A stretch of DNA of 64,000 bases from Planctomycetota bacterium (GTDB taxonomy: Bacteria > Planctomycetota > Planctomycetia > Pirellulales > Lacipirellulaceae), in the NCBI GenBank assembly GCA_039190745.1, contig JBCCXZ010000011.1, positions 11,223 to 75,222 on the forward strand, read 5' to 3'. A program made the position numbers and the translations under genes. The notes beneath the pieces were generated by a model that saw only the letters and a list, made by a program, of their open reading frames with translations, was not told where the DNA came from and did no database searches. Shown here piece after piece: positions 8,610 through 19,356 of the stretch. Numbering within the stretch: the stretch's first letter is position 1; each line of letters starts with the position of its first letter.

Positions 8610-9713
8610 ATGGCGCGTGTGGTTTTGGCAATGTCCGGCGGGGTGGATTCGAGCGTCGCGGCGCACCTGCTCTCCGAGCAGGGGCACGACGTCGTGGGGG
8701 TGTTCATGCGCCACGGGCAGCAGTCGCCGGTGGCCTGTGAGGCGGACGGCGGCCTGCCGATCGTCAATCGACTCGACCACAAGCAGGGGTGCTGCACCGC
8801 GGCCGACGCGGAGGACGCCAGGCGGGTGGCCGACCGGCTGGGCATCCCGTTCTACGCGCTGAACCTCGACGAAGAGTTCGGCCAGATCATCGACTACTTC
8901 GTCGACGAGTACGCGGCGGGGCGGACGCCGAACCCGTGCGTGCAGTGCAACAACTGGATCAAGTTCGGCAAGCTGTTCGACTACGCCGATGCGGTGGGGG
9001 CGGAGTTTGTGGCGACCGGCCACTACGCGCAGCTGGAGCCGCAACCGGCGGGGCTCCCTGCCCTGCTCCGCGGGCGCGACGCGCGGAAGGACCAGTCGTA
9101 CGTGCTGTTCGGCATCCGTCGGGAGCTGCTCGCTCGGATGATGTTGCCGGTGGGCGGGTACGAGAAGCCGGCGATCCGTGAGATCGCCGCCGGGCTGGGC
9201 CTGAACGTCGCGGAGAAGAAAGACAGCCAGGAGATCTGCTTTGTTACGCAGGGGCGCTACGACGAGTTTGTGCGCGACCGTCGCGGCGGGGAGTCGGCCG
9301 AGGGCGAGTTGGTCACCACCGGCGGCGAGGTTATTGGAAAGCACTCGGGGATCGAAGGCTTTACGGTCGGCCAACGCAAAGGCTTGGGCGTGGCGCTGGG
9401 CGAGCCGAAGTTCGTGGTGCGGATCGAGCCGGAGACGCGGCGGGTCGTGCTGGGCGACCGGAAAGACCTGATGGGCGGTTCGCTGACGGCCTCGGGGGCG
9501 AACTGGTTGGTCGACCCCGAGCACTTGCCCGGGCGGTGCTCGGCGCAGATCCGCTACAACAGCCCGCCGGCGCCGGCGACGCTTGAGTTGCTCGACGACG
9601 GGCGGTTTCGGGTGGCGTTCGACGAGCCGCAGTTCGGCGTGGCGCCGGGGCAGGCGGCGGTCTGCTACGACGGCCAGCGGACGCTGGGGGGCGGGTGGAT
9701 CGAGTCGCCCTAG
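8610..9713 (+). CDS. mnmA: tRNA 2-thiouridylase MnmA
   Basis: AMSGGVDSS, GRTPNPCVQCN, ATGHYA, KDQSY, DSQEICF, TVGQRKG and APGQ motifs. Confidence 0.97.
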   Translation: MARVVLAMSGGVDSSVAAHLLSEQGHDVVGVFMRHGQQSPVACEADGGLPIVNRLDHKQGCCTAADAEDARRVADRLGIPFYALNLDEEFGQIIDYFVDEYAAGRTPNPCVQCNNWIKFGKLFDYADAVGAEFVATGHYAQLEPQPAGLPALLRGRDARKDQSYVLFGIRRELLARMMLPVGGYEKPAIREIAAGLGLNVAEKKDSQEICFVTQGRYDEFVRDRRGGESAEGELVTTGGEVIGKHSGIEGFTVGQRKGLGVALGEPKFVVRIEPETRRVVLGDRKDLMGGSLTASGANWLVDPEHLPGRCSAQIRYNSPPAPATLELLDDGRFRVAFDEPQFGVAPGQAAVCYDGQRTLGGGWIESP

Positions 9714-10690
9714 CCCTGGTATTGGCTGTAGGGGTTCGGCGCCGCTTCTTCTGTGGGTTGGACGGGCTCGATCGAGGCGGCGAAGCGGCTGGCGGCGATG
9801 CCGACCACGGCTCCGATCAGCGCGAGACACACGACAGCTCGCACGGACTCCGCAGCGCGCGTCGGGATCTTGGCGGGCAGTGCCGTAGTTCCCAGGGTGA
9901 GCGCGGTGAGCAGCACCGTGGCAGAGGCGATGCCCATGGCGTCGTCGGTGAAGAGGACGGCCATCAGAAGCAGGCCGCAGAAGCCTGCGAGGATCGGTCC
10001 GGCGGCCGAGCCGGGGCCGCCGGCGGTGCGCGTGGCGAGCATCGCGACCCCGGTCCCGCCGAGCGTGGCGGCGAGGGCGCCGAGGAGTTGGGCGTAGAAC
10101 AGCGATCCGGAAAGCGCGAGTGTTGCGCCGGCGCCCCCGGCTGCGGCCGCGGCCAAGCCCGCTAGGATCCAGGCGTGCGGGCGGCTGCGGGACGAAGCCA
10201 TCATCTGCCACAGGCAGAGGCCGATCGCGATCAGCACCGCGCACGCGACGGCAATGCCAGTCCAGCTCCAGGGGGTTTCGCTCAGGCCGGCCCGGACGAG
10301 CTCCGAAGTCGGGTAGTCGCGGTGGAGGCTGAGCATCCGCCAGGCGAGCGCACCGCACACCGCGGCCCGGCCCAACCACGTGCCAACTCGCTTCTTGCCG
10401 TCGAGCGGGACCACGTCGATGAACGCGAATGCGAGCACGGCCAGCGGCAACCAGTCGCGTGCCTGGTGGGGGCGGAAGCTCTTGGCGACGGCCTCTTGGA
10501 GTCCGGGGCCGGCCGCCTCGAGCGCCCAGTGCCCGGCGGCGTACCCGCAGACGACGGACGCCGCCCAAGCGAGGGCGCCCGCTCGCTCCGCCGGCACGCG
10601 CGACGCGCACCAGCGGACGCAGGCGAAGACAACCGCCGCCACGGCCGCCGGCGCTAGGACGCCGCGGAGGATGTCTTCGAATCCGATCAC
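9710..10690 (-). CDS. Multi-pass membrane hypothetical protein
   Basis: Many hydrophobic helices; directly downstream of the YceI gene on the same strand. Confidence 0.7.
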   Translation of the reverse strand: MIGFEDILRGVLAPAAVAAVVFACVRWCASRVPAERAGALAWAASVVCGYAAGHWALEAAGPGLQEAVAKSFRPHQARDWLPLAVLAFAFIDVVPLDGKKRVGTWLGRAAVCGALAWRMLSLHRDYPTSELVRAGLSETPWSWTGIAVACAVLIAIGLCLWQMMASSRSRPHAWILAGLAAAAAGGAGATLALSGSLFYAQLLGALAATLGGTGVAMLATRTAGGPGSAAGPILAGFCGLLLMAVLFTDDAMGIASATVLLTALTLGTTALPAKIPTRAAESVRAVVCLALIGAVVGIAASRFAASIEPVQPTEEAAPNPYSQYQG

Positions 10691-10817
10691 AGCAGGGTTG
10701 AACCTCGGATTGTTTCACACTGCTGGACAAGCCAGCAGTGCCACCCATCGCTACGGCGGTCGTGTCGACTGCGGGACTCATGCCCACGCGAGCGTGGGCA
10801 TGCCACCGTTTAGTCGC

Positions 10818-11432
10818 CTACCGGTTGGCGCTGCCGCTGCCCTGGGGCTGGCCCTGGCGGATGCCCTCGAAGCTGATGGTGATCGCTACGGTGTCGCCGA
10901 TGTTGGGAACCATGGTCGTCATGCCGTAGTCGCTGCGCTTGAGTCGGAAGTCGCAGAAGAAGCCAGTGCGGTAGTTGCCGTAGGGGCCGTTGCCTTCGCC
11001 GAGTTTCTTGAGCGGCAGGGTGATCTGCTGGGTCTTGCCGTGCATGGTGAAGTTGCCGGTGACGTTGTAGACGGGCCCGCCTTCGCCTTGCGTGACCTCG
11101 ATGGCGGTGCTCTGGAAGCTGACGGTGGGGAACTGGTTGACGTTGAAGAAGTCGGGGCCCCGGAGGTGCTCGTCGCGTTTGGCGTCGTTGGTGTCGACGC
11201 TGGCGGCGTCGATGGTGAGCTGGAAGTTGCTGGCGGCCGGGTTGGCGGCGTCGATCACGAAGCTTCCGCTGAGCTTGTTGAAGCGGCCGTAGGTGTAGCT
11301 GTACCCGAGGTGGCTGATGCCGAAGATGATCGAGGTGTGCGAGGCGTCGACGACGTAGTTGTCGGCGGCGGCCCGGGCGGCGGGTGCAAGAGTGGCGGCG
11401 GCGACGATCAGTGTGGTCAGGGTGCGTTGCAT
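10818..11432 (-). CDS. YceI-family lipid/polyisoprenoid-binding protein
   Basis: Signal peptide; YVVDASHT, SHLG, GRF, IDAASVDT...RDEHLRGPDFF, G.FTMHG and RSDYGM motifs. Confidence 0.93.
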   Translation of the reverse strand: MQRTLTTLIVAAATLAPAARAAADNYVVDASHTSIIFGISHLGYSYTYGRFNKLSGSFVIDAANPAASNFQLTIDAASVDTNDAKRDEHLRGPDFFNVNQFPTVSFQSTAIEVTQGEGGPVYNVTGNFTMHGKTQQITLPLKKLGEGNGPYGNYRTGFFCDFRLKRSDYGMTTMVPNIGDTVAITISFEGIRQGQPQGSGSANR

Positions 11433-11785
11433 CGGGTTAGCTCCTTCGGTTTGCGGGGTCCTGTCGGGGGTCGGCGGGCTGTTCTCCGGCGGGTCGGTCC
11501 GGCAGCCTCTTCGGGCCCATCGTTGTATATGGCCCCAAGTCGGCCGTCTGTGCGACGAACTACGCAGCGAGGGGCCCATTGGTTCTGAGCTTACGGCATG
11601 TGGCCAGGGTCAGTAACCCACCCGACCGGGGCGGAGACCGCTACTTTCGGCGGAGCGGATGGCTTAGAATTCGGTAATCGCAACCTGCGGGGCGCGGCCC
11701 CCGTGCTGCCCGTTGTGGATGGATGATTGCCGGCGCTGCTGTCGCCAGACGCTCGGCGTCGGCAAACCACCTGAGGAATAACTCT

Positions 11786-12745
11786 GTGAATTTCACGCCG
11801 ATTCTGTGGATCGTGGGCGGCCTGTTCGGCTTCGCGGTCCTGCTGTTGCTGTTTTTCTTGCTCAAGGACCTGAACCTGTGGTTCAAGGCCTACGTCTCGA
11901 ACGCCCGGGTGGGGTTGTTCAGCCCGATGTTTATGCGGCTGAAGCAGGTGAACCCGCAGGTGATTGTGGACGCGAAGATTATGGCGATGCAGGCGGGCGT
12001 GGGGACCGACCCGACGACGGGGATTACCACCCGGCGGTTGGAGGCGCACTACCTCGCGGGCGGCGACGTGCCGCGGGTGCTCGCGGCGATTGTGGCGGCG
12101 CACCGGGCGGACATCGACCTCGACTTCGACCGGGCGGCGGCGATCGACCTGGCCGGGCGTGACGTGAAGGACGCGGTCGACACGAGCGTGTACCCGAAAG
12201 TGATCGACTGCCCCGACCCCGAGCGGTCTTCGAAGAACACGCTCAGCGCCGTAGCGAAGAACGGCGTGGAGCTGCGGATCCGCGCCCGCGTGACCGTTCG
12301 GACCAACCTTTCGCAGCTGATCGGCGGGGCGACGGAGGAGACGATCATCGCCCGCGTGGGCGAGGGGATCATCACCTCGATCGGGTCGGCGGCCGATCAC
12401 TTGGCCGTAATGGAGAACCCGGACCGGATCTCGCGGGCGGTGCTCGACCGGGGGCTGGACGCCCACACAGCGTTCGAGATCGTCTCGATCGACATCGCTG
12501 ACATCGACATCGGCGAGAACATCGGCGCTCGGCTGCAAGCCGATCAGGCTGAGGCCGACACCCGCAAGGCGCAAGCATTGGCGGAGCAGCGGCGGGCCGA
12601 CGCGGTGGCCCAGGAGCAGGAGATGAAAGCGCGGGTGGCGGAGAACCGGGCCCACGTGGTGCTCGCCCAGGCCGAGGTGCCGATGGCGATGGCGACCGCG
12701 TTCCGGGAAGGCAACCTCGATTCCTCGCGCAACGGTCAGGGTTGA
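11786..12745 (+). CDS. floA: Flotillin-like protein FloA (YqfA/UPF0365)
   Basis: [50 protein letters not shown] and LQADQAEAD motifs; GTG after GAGGA. Confidence 0.93.
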   Translation: MNFTPILWIVGGLFGFAVLLLLFFLLKDLNLWFKAYVSNARVGLFSPMFMRLKQVNPQVIVDAKIMAMQAGVGTDPTTGITTRRLEAHYLAGGDVPRVLAAIVAAHRADIDLDFDRAAAIDLAGRDVKDAVDTSVYPKVIDCPDPERSSKNTLSAVAKNGVELRIRARVTVRTNLSQLIGGATEETIIARVGEGIITSIGSAADHLAVMENPDRISRAVLDRGLDAHTAFEIVSIDIADIDIGENIGARLQADQAEADTRKAQALAEQRRADAVAQEQEMKARVAENRAHVVLAQAEVPMAMATAFREGNLDSSRNGQG

Positions 12746-12764
12746 GCGTCAGGCGACTGATAGA

Positions 12765-13325
12765 TCACTCGGTTTCGAGCGGTATCTCTGTTGCCAGGGC
12801 GTACTCGAACCAGATTTCTTCGTAGCTCTTCTCCGGCTGGGAGTCGAGCTGCCACGCGCCCTGGCGGAAGACCAGTTCGTGCCGGGTCTTTTCTTTCTGC
12901 GTGACGGGCAAGGCACGCACATTGCCCGCGGGGCCCGCATCGTCTGGGTCGGGCTCGCGCTCCTGCTCGTCGGCCCCGCCGCCCGGGGAGCCGACCCCTC
13001 CGCGGTATAGCGTGTCGGTGACGATCGTGATGACCGCCCGCGGTTCGTCGGCGCCGGCCCCGGCGGAGACAAACTCGTAGGAGAGGTCGCTGCGCGTCTT
13101 GAGCCCTTCGGCTCCGCTGGGCCGGAACTCCGACAGCGCGCGTTCAAGCCGTTGGACGACCATCTTCAGGCGGTCTTCGGGTTTTGGCGGAGGCTTGGGT
13201 TTGGCCGTCGCGGCTCCGACCGGGCCGGCGGTGTCGCACGCGGCGGTGCAGGCGAGCAAGAGAGCAGCGCAGGCCGCTGCTGCCCCGCGGAGTCGCTGGC
13301 GCAGGAGGGGGTGGGGAGGTTGCAT
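12765..13325 (-). CDS. Probable lipoprotein, hypothetical
   Basis: Basic N-terminus, hydrophobic stretch and TAAC lipobox-like site. Confidence 0.6.
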   Translation of the reverse strand: MQPPHPLLRQRLRGAAAACAALLLACTAACDTAGPVGAATAKPKPPPKPEDRLKMVVQRLERALSEFRPSGAEGLKTRSDLSYEFVSAGAGADEPRAVITIVTDTLYRGGVGSPGGGADEQEREPDPDDAGPAGNVRALPVTQKEKTRHELVFRQGAWQLDSQPEKSYEEIWFEYALATEIPLETE

Positions 13326-13437
13326 GGGCGGGCTCCGGCGGTTCTCCGAGTGCGAGTCGCACGCAAGTGTAGCGTCTGCGGCGGAGTGATTGCCGTTGGG
13401 CTCGGAGAAAAACCGCTACGCTTGAGCGAGGGCGGCT

Positions 13438-14928
13438 CTAGAAGCCGTCGAAGGGGTCTTCCGGCTCTTCGGTTTCTTCGGTCGACGGCTCGGGCTCGCC
13501 GGTGTCCTCGGTCGCGGCGTCGCCGAACGGGTCGTCGCTGCCGAACGGGTCGTCTTCGGCCGATCCGAAGGGGTCGTCGTCGGCGGGCATCGATTCCGCG
13601 GCGGCCTCTCCGTCGGCGGGCGCGCCGAACGGGTCGTCTTCGACCATTGCCGGCTCTTCGAAGGCTCCGAAGGGGTCGTCGTCCATCGGGTCGGCTTCGG
13701 CGGTCGATTCGTCGCTGGGCGGGCCGAAGTCGAACGGAGACTCTTCGGAGGGCGCCATAGGCTGGGCGGCGCCGGGCAGCGGCTGGACGCCGGGCAGTTG
13801 CGGGACGGACAGGCCCGACAGCGGCGAGGCGCGGCCGATCACGCGGCCGAGGACGCCCAGCAGCTTTTGGGGCGCGACTTTGGATTGCTCGTCGAGCGGC
13901 CCCGCGGGGTCGGGCGACTGTGAAGCGGCTGGGTCGGCGGCGGACGCGTCGGGCGTCCCGAACAGGTCGTCGTCGAAGGCCGATGGCTCTTCGGTCTCGC
14001 GTAGGGGTTCGCCGAAGAGGTCGGTCTCTTCCGGCTCTGCCGGCTCGGGCTCGTCTGCGGAGCCGAAGGGGTCGGCGTCGGCCGGCTGGGTCGGGGCCGG
14101 TTCGGGGTCGGCGCCGAATGGATCGGCTTCCGCGGGCTCGCCGCCGAACGGGTCTTCCTCCATCACAGGCTGCGGGTCGGCGGGTTCGGGCTCGCCGAAG
14201 AGGTCGTCGAAGCCTTCGCCGTCCTGTGCGGGTTCTGCCTCTGCGGGCTCGGGCTGTGCGAGTTCGGGCCGTACCGGTGCGGGTTCGCCGAAGAGACCAA
14301 CGGCTTCTTCGGCGGCTTGGCCGGGCGGGTCTGGCTGTGCGGCGGGGAGGGCTTCGGCAGGCGGCGGCGCGAGCGCGGGAGTCGAGCCGAGCACTCGCTC
14401 GGCGGCTTCGCTTTCGGTGCCGAGCAGGTTGTCTAGCGGGACGCTCTGCGGCGAGCGGAGGATGACCGACTCGCGGTCCTCAAGCCCCTCGTAGCGTGCC
14501 CGCGAACGCCGGGAGCGTTCGGCCGCCAGCGCAACCCGGGCGGCGCGGCGATGCTTTTCGAGCGTCTGCCGGTCGTACCCCTGCACGCGCTGCAGGGCCT
14601 GGCTTACCGAGAGCTGTTGGCCGGGGTTCATCGCCTCGAGGGCGGCTCCGACTTTCATGTCCATCTCGGCTTCCATGCTTCGGCCGAGGCGGAGCCGAGC
14701 CATCGCACGGAAGTAGTAGGCGCGTGGGTCGCGGTCGACGGACTCGATCACCTGGGTGAGCACGGCGTCGGCCCGGTGGTAGCTGCCCGCGTAGAAGTTG
14801 TGGACGCCGGCGCCGTAGGACGCTGCAACGCCCGATTGGGGTTGGGCGGCACGGGCCTCGGGCCAAGCGGTCGCGAGGCCGGTGAGTGCGACCGCGGCCG
14901 CCAAGACACACACGCGTGTGGAAGCCAT
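13438..14928 (-). CDS. Secreted protein with N-terminal TPR-like region and long acidic DPF/DLF-repeat tail
   Basis: Signal peptide; DPRAYYFRAMARLRLG TPR-like segment; many (D/E/A)DPF and DDLF motifs. Confidence 0.8.
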   Translation of the reverse strand: MASTRVCVLAAAVALTGLATAWPEARAAQPQSGVAASYGAGVHNFYAGSYHRADAVLTQVIESVDRDPRAYYFRAMARLRLGRSMEAEMDMKVGAALEAMNPGQQLSVSQALQRVQGYDRQTLEKHRRAARVALAAERSRRSRARYEGLEDRESVILRSPQSVPLDNLLGTESEAAERVLGSTPALAPPPAEALPAAQPDPPGQAAEEAVGLFGEPAPVRPELAQPEPAEAEPAQDGEGFDDLFGEPEPADPQPVMEEDPFGGEPAEADPFGADPEPAPTQPADADPFGSADEPEPAEPEETDLFGEPLRETEEPSAFDDDLFGTPDASAADPAASQSPDPAGPLDEQSKVAPQKLLGVLGRVIGRASPLSGLSVPQLPGVQPLPGAAQPMAPSEESPFDFGPPSDESTAEADPMDDDPFGAFEEPAMVEDDPFGAPADGEAAAESMPADDDPFGSAEDDPFGSDDPFGDAATEDTGEPEPSTEETEEPEDPFDGF

Positions 14929-15084
14929 GCGGGGAAACTCCTGAACTGATCGTGCTCGGCGAACGGTGGGCGGCGCGAACGACGGGCGGCGAATGGGCGG
15001 AGGCGCCCCGGGCCGTTCAGCGGTCGGCGTAAACTTTCATACTAGTCCGGCCGGCGGGGGGCCACAACAAATTCAGCCGTTCCG

Positions 15085-18000
15085 CTAGAGTTTCGCGTTG
15101 GCGGACTCGGCAGCTTCGATCCGATCGCGGATGTCTTTGTAGTCGGGCCGTTCGAGCTCGTGGAGCAGTGCTGGCTCCATCCCGAGGTCGGCCGCGCGGT
15201 CCCACGCCTCCCGTGCCCCCTCGGCGTCGCCGGAGAGGACGAGTGCCTGGGCCATGTGGAAGTACTTGGAGGCGGTGGGCTGGTACTGCACGGCGAGCTG
15301 CAGGTCTTCGATGGCGGCGGGGTAGTCCTCGCGGGCGATGTTGACGACCGCGCGCGAGTCGAGCACGTCCGAGATCGGCCCGAAGACTTCCATCGCCTGA
15401 TCGATCAATCCGGAGGCCTCGTCGAGGCGTTCGCCTCGGAGGCCGAGCAGGTACCCGAGGTTGTTCCTGCAGGCTGCCAAGGTCTTCTCGTCGACGTCGT
15501 CGCGCTCGAGCACGCGTTCGTACGCGGCGACGGCCAGGTCGTGTTTGCCCTGGAAGTCGTAGGCCTCGGCGCGGAGGATGATTCGTTTGGCGGAATCAGG
15601 GTCTTCGCGGAGCGCGGCGGCGAGCAGGCGGTCGACGTCTGCGTCGAGGCGGTTGTCGATCTCGTCGCGGCGGGTGCGGATCATCTGGACGGCGATCTGC
15701 AGGACGGCGTCGGGGCTGTCGTCGAACGCCGACTTGATCAGCTTAAGGGCGTCGTCGGGGTCGCCTTGCTGGGCGACGACGGCGGTGAACTCGAGGACGG
15801 CGGATGCGTCTCTCGCGATCAACAGCTTGTAGAGCTGCAACGCGAGGTCTGCGTCTTCCAGTTCCGCCGCGAGCCTGGCGGTAGACCTGAGTTTCTTGAC
15901 AGACTCTTCGTCGAGTTTGCCACTCTGCTTGGGCAGCATGGCGCTGAGCGTCTTCCGCAGCCCCTTGAGGTCTCCTTCCGCGGCGGCAAGCCTGGCCTCA
16001 AGCTGCTGGACGAGCTCCTCGGTCCCTTCGATTTTCTCCAGACGTTCGAGGTTGCGGTTGGCCCGCGTGTACTCACCGTTCTTCACCAGGAGACGGACGT
16101 ACTCGGCCCACGGCGCCGGGTTGTCTGGGGTTTCGTTGACGAGGTCCAGCAGCAGTCGGTCGGCCTGGTCCCAGCGGCCAAGGCCGTCACGGATGCGGCA
16201 CAGCAGGAGGCATTGCTGCAGGGGTAGGTCGCCCCGTTTGCGGAGTTCGGTCAGGATCTGCTCGGCTTCGACGAGGGACGCGGGGTCGCGCGCGGCGGCG
16301 AGGATTTCCGAGAGGACGACGAGGTCTGTGGAGGAGAGTTCACCATCGACCGCGGACTTCTGGAGCAGATTCCTGGCTTTGCGGCTGCCGCGGTAGTCGC
16401 CCCCGCCCGCGAGCATGCGGGCCGCCTGGCGTCGGGCCCAGAGCACATCGGGGTGGTTCGGCTCGACGTCCCCAGCGTAGGAAGCGGCAAGGATGCGGTT
16501 GATGTACGGAGCCGCCTTCGCCCCGGCGGAGGGGTCTTTGCGGGACCAGAACGAGTAAAAGGTGGCCATCTTGCGGTTCACGGCAGTCGAGTCGAGCTGC
16601 TTCTCGTACACCTGCTGGTAGATCTGCTCGGCCTCTCGCTGCTGGCCGAGGAACTCGTAGTGCTGGGCAGAGACCATCGGCACGTACTCGGCCTCGAGAG
16701 CCAGGCGCGCTTGGCGCAGCGTCTGATCGAGCTTCTCGGTTTGTCGCTGTTGCAGGTAGAAGCGGATCAGCTTTGTCCAGATGGCGGGGTCGTTGGGCGT
16801 CAGCTCGGCAGAACGCAGCAGGGCGGCTTCGGTTTCTTCGGCGGCGTCGAGCTGCGCGGCGACGGAGGCGTACCACTTCTGCGTCCGACCGTCGTCCGGT
16901 TTCGACTCGAGGAGTTCTCTCGCGGCCTGGAGCGCCCTGTCTTTTTCTCCCGCTTTAGCCAGGATCTCTGCGTGGGCTTGGCCGAGCAGCCGGGTGCGGA
17001 CCGAGTAGGGGATGATCTCTAGGCGCTCGCGCGCCTCGGTGAATCGTTGCTGTTCTACCAGCAGTTTGATCTGCGTGGTGACGGCGTTGAGGTTTGGCGG
17101 GCCGAATTTGAGGGCCTGGTCGAAGCTGGCCAGCGCCTGGGTAACGTCCTGCCGAAGGAGGTAGGCCAGCTGGCCCTTGAGGATGTGGAGCTCGTGCCAC
17201 TCGGGGCGCCGCTTCAGGGCGGCGTCGAGCATCTTCTCGGAGTTTTTGAACTTCTCGCGGCCGCCCTCGGGGTCGGTGCCGAACTCGAGGATGTCCCGCT
17301 TGATGTTGGTGACCACGTAGCTGGGGTCTCGTTGATCGCCGACGAGGTCGAGGATGAGTTTCTGCGACCGGTTGAGCTCGTCTTCGTCGTTCTCGAGCAT
17401 CGCGAGGTCGAAGAGCTCCATCAGGATCGGGAGGTTGGTGGGCTCTAGTTTGAGGGCGGTGTTCCAGCACCTACGGGCGTCGTCGAATTGACCGATCTGC
17501 CGGAACTTCGACCCGACGACCCTCCAGACGCGCGACTGGTCGCTGTTCTGGAAGTCGTCCATCTCGGTGGTCAGTGCGTTGAGCTGCTGCGGGAGGTTCT
17601 CGTCGTTGATCGAGACAATCAGGTCGGCGCGGAGGACGCGCATGGTGCCGTTGTCGCCGTACTTTTCGGTGATCGAGTCGAGCAGCTCGAGGGCCCGGGT
17701 CGGCCCGGAACCGGGCTCGAGCTGGAGCATGCGGACGGCGGCGAGGCGTACGGAGATGTCGTCGGGGTCGGCGGCAAAGGCGCGTTTAATGGCTTGGCGG
17801 GCTTCGGTGAACAGTCCCCGCTTGACGAGGATGTTGGCCCGGATTAGTTCGGAGCGCGACTCGACGAAGCCGCCGCGTTCGAGGAACAGGTCGACCTCTT
17901 CGTTGATCCGGTCCCAGTCTTGCTGTTCCTCGGGCAGTTCGAGCGTCCGCTTGACGAGCCCGTCGATCGAGTTGCCCTCGGGCGTCCTGAGCTGGTTGAG

Positions 18001-19356
18001 CTTGGCCTTCATGCGTGAAACGCCTGAGGCGGCGGCCGCCATGTCGGGGTTGTCGGCGGCGACGCGTTTGTAGACTTTCAACGCGAGGTCGTGTTTGCCG
18101 AGTTGCTCGTAGCACTGGCCGAGCAGTACGCCCGCCTTGGCCCGTCGGTCGGCGTCGAGCCCCATCGCGGACCGGGCGCCCTTGAGCAGCTTAATGGCCT
18201 GGGTCCACTGCGACTTGCGGATCGCGGCCTGGGCTTTGGCAAAATCGATGATCGGTTGCAGGGCCGGGGCGTTGAGCTTCTGCAGGTCTTCGATTTGTTC
18301 TTCGGCTCCTTGCGTGTCTCCCTGGATGAGGCAGGCCTCGATTTTGAAGAGCGCGAGGCTGAGCGACCGCTTGAGCCCGATCTGCTTGATCCCCTGGTCG
18401 AGATACTTCTCGGCCGTTCCGAATTCCTCTTTCGCGAACTCGACTCGGGCGAGCTGGCTGTAGAAGTAGGCGTTATCGGGGTGCTCTTCGATGGCCTGCA
18501 GGAGGATCTCGGTTGCCTTGTCATAGTCTTTATCGGTGAGCGCGACCTGGCTCATCAAGCTCAGCACGTCGGAGTCGGTTGGGTTGAGCTCGTAGGCGCG
18601 GTCGAGAGCGACACGCGACTCGTCGAGCTTATCCTGACTACGCAGCAGGAGCGCCTGCTTCACATAGGCCACGTGGGAGTCGGGGTTGACCTCGACCATC
18701 CGTTGGATGATCTGCTCGGCCAACTCGGCGTCTTCCTCACGCGTGAGTACGTGCGCGGCGAGTAGGCCGTAGACTTCTGCTTCTTTGGGCGCCTTGGCCT
18801 TGCTCTCGTCGAAGGCGCTGGCTTTCTTGTCGTAGCCGATTAGCTCCATCGCGTAGGGCACGGCGGCACGGTAGTCCTTGGCCTGGAAGAGGGCCTTGGC
18901 CCGCAGCCCCATCAATTCGGTATTGTTGGGGTCTTCTTTGAGCAGGTCGCGGAGGTTGGTCTCGGCGTCGCCGGGGCGTCGTATCACATCGAGCTGCATG
19001 TCGACCAGCTTGCGGCGTAGTTCCGAGTCGCCGGTTTCGCGGACGGCCTTGTCGAGGTAGGCGTAGGCGGTGCCGATGTCCTCGTTCTCGGCGTCGGGCA
19101 GTTCGAGGACGGCCAGAGCGATCTCGGTCCGTCGTTTCTTGGCGTCTTCCTCCGGCCGGAGCTGGACGAACATGCTCTGGTAGCGGAGGGCCTCGCGGGG
19201 GTCGCCGTCGGCGAGCTGCTTCTCGGCCCTCTCTTGGTACCAGTTGGCGCTCCTGTTGATCTGGTAGCGCCAAAGAAAATAGCCCCCGCCGGAGGCGACC
19301 AGGCTGCCGACGACCAGACCGATGAGCAGCGTGTAGTTGACGCGGTAGCGTTGCAT
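15085..19356 (-). CDS. Large TPR-repeat protein (1423 aa) with N-terminal membrane anchor
   Basis: N-terminal TM, repeated helical TPR patterns, C-terminal NNLGYLL...LDSRA...YFHMAQA. Confidence 0.88.
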   Translation of the reverse strand: MQRYRVNYTLLIGLVVGSLVASGGGYFLWRYQINRSANWYQERAEKQLADGDPREALRYQSMFVQLRPEEDAKKRRTEIALAVLELPDAENEDIGTAYAYLDKAVRETGDSELRRKLVDMQLDVIRRPGDAETNLRDLLKEDPNNTELMGLRAKALFQAKDYRAAVPYAMELIGYDKKASAFDESKAKAPKEAEVYGLLAAHVLTREEDAELAEQIIQRMVEVNPDSHVAYVKQALLLRSQDKLDESRVALDRAYELNPTDSDVLSLMSQVALTDKDYDKATEILLQAIEEHPDNAYFYSQLARVEFAKEEFGTAEKYLDQGIKQIGLKRSLSLALFKIEACLIQGDTQGAEEQIEDLQKLNAPALQPIIDFAKAQAAIRKSQWTQAIKLLKGARSAMGLDADRRAKAGVLLGQCYEQLGKHDLALKVYKRVAADNPDMAAAASGVSRMKAKLNQLRTPEGNSIDGLVKRTLELPEEQQDWDRINEEVDLFLERGGFVESRSELIRANILVKRGLFTEARQAIKRAFAADPDDISVRLAAVRMLQLEPGSGPTRALELLDSITEKYGDNGTMRVLRADLIVSINDENLPQQLNALTTEMDDFQNSDQSRVWRVVGSKFRQIGQFDDARRCWNTALKLEPTNLPILMELFDLAMLENDEDELNRSQKLILDLVGDQRDPSYVVTNIKRDILEFGTDPEGGREKFKNSEKMLDAALKRRPEWHELHILKGQLAYLLRQDVTQALASFDQALKFGPPNLNAVTTQIKLLVEQQRFTEARERLEIIPYSVRTRLLGQAHAEILAKAGEKDRALQAARELLESKPDDGRTQKWYASVAAQLDAAEETEAALLRSAELTPNDPAIWTKLIRFYLQQRQTEKLDQTLRQARLALEAEYVPMVSAQHYEFLGQQREAEQIYQQVYEKQLDSTAVNRKMATFYSFWSRKDPSAGAKAAPYINRILAASYAGDVEPNHPDVLWARRQAARMLAGGGDYRGSRKARNLLQKSAVDGELSSTDLVVLSEILAAARDPASLVEAEQILTELRKRGDLPLQQCLLLCRIRDGLGRWDQADRLLLDLVNETPDNPAPWAEYVRLLVKNGEYTRANRNLERLEKIEGTEELVQQLEARLAAAEGDLKGLRKTLSAMLPKQSGKLDEESVKKLRSTARLAAELEDADLALQLYKLLIARDASAVLEFTAVVAQQGDPDDALKLIKSAFDDSPDAVLQIAVQMIRTRRDEIDNRLDADVDRLLAAALREDPDSAKRIILRAEAYDFQGKHDLAVAAYERVLERDDVDEKTLAACRNNLGYLLGLRGERLDEASGLIDQAMEVFGPISDVLDSRAVVNIAREDYPAAIEDLQLAVQYQPTASKYFHMAQALVLSGDAEGAREAWDRAADLGMEPALLHELERPDYKDIRDRIEAAESANAKL

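Noticed and set aside
8538..10787. 749-aa minus-strand ORF over mnmA
   Set aside because: Antisense/frame shadow of two real genes.
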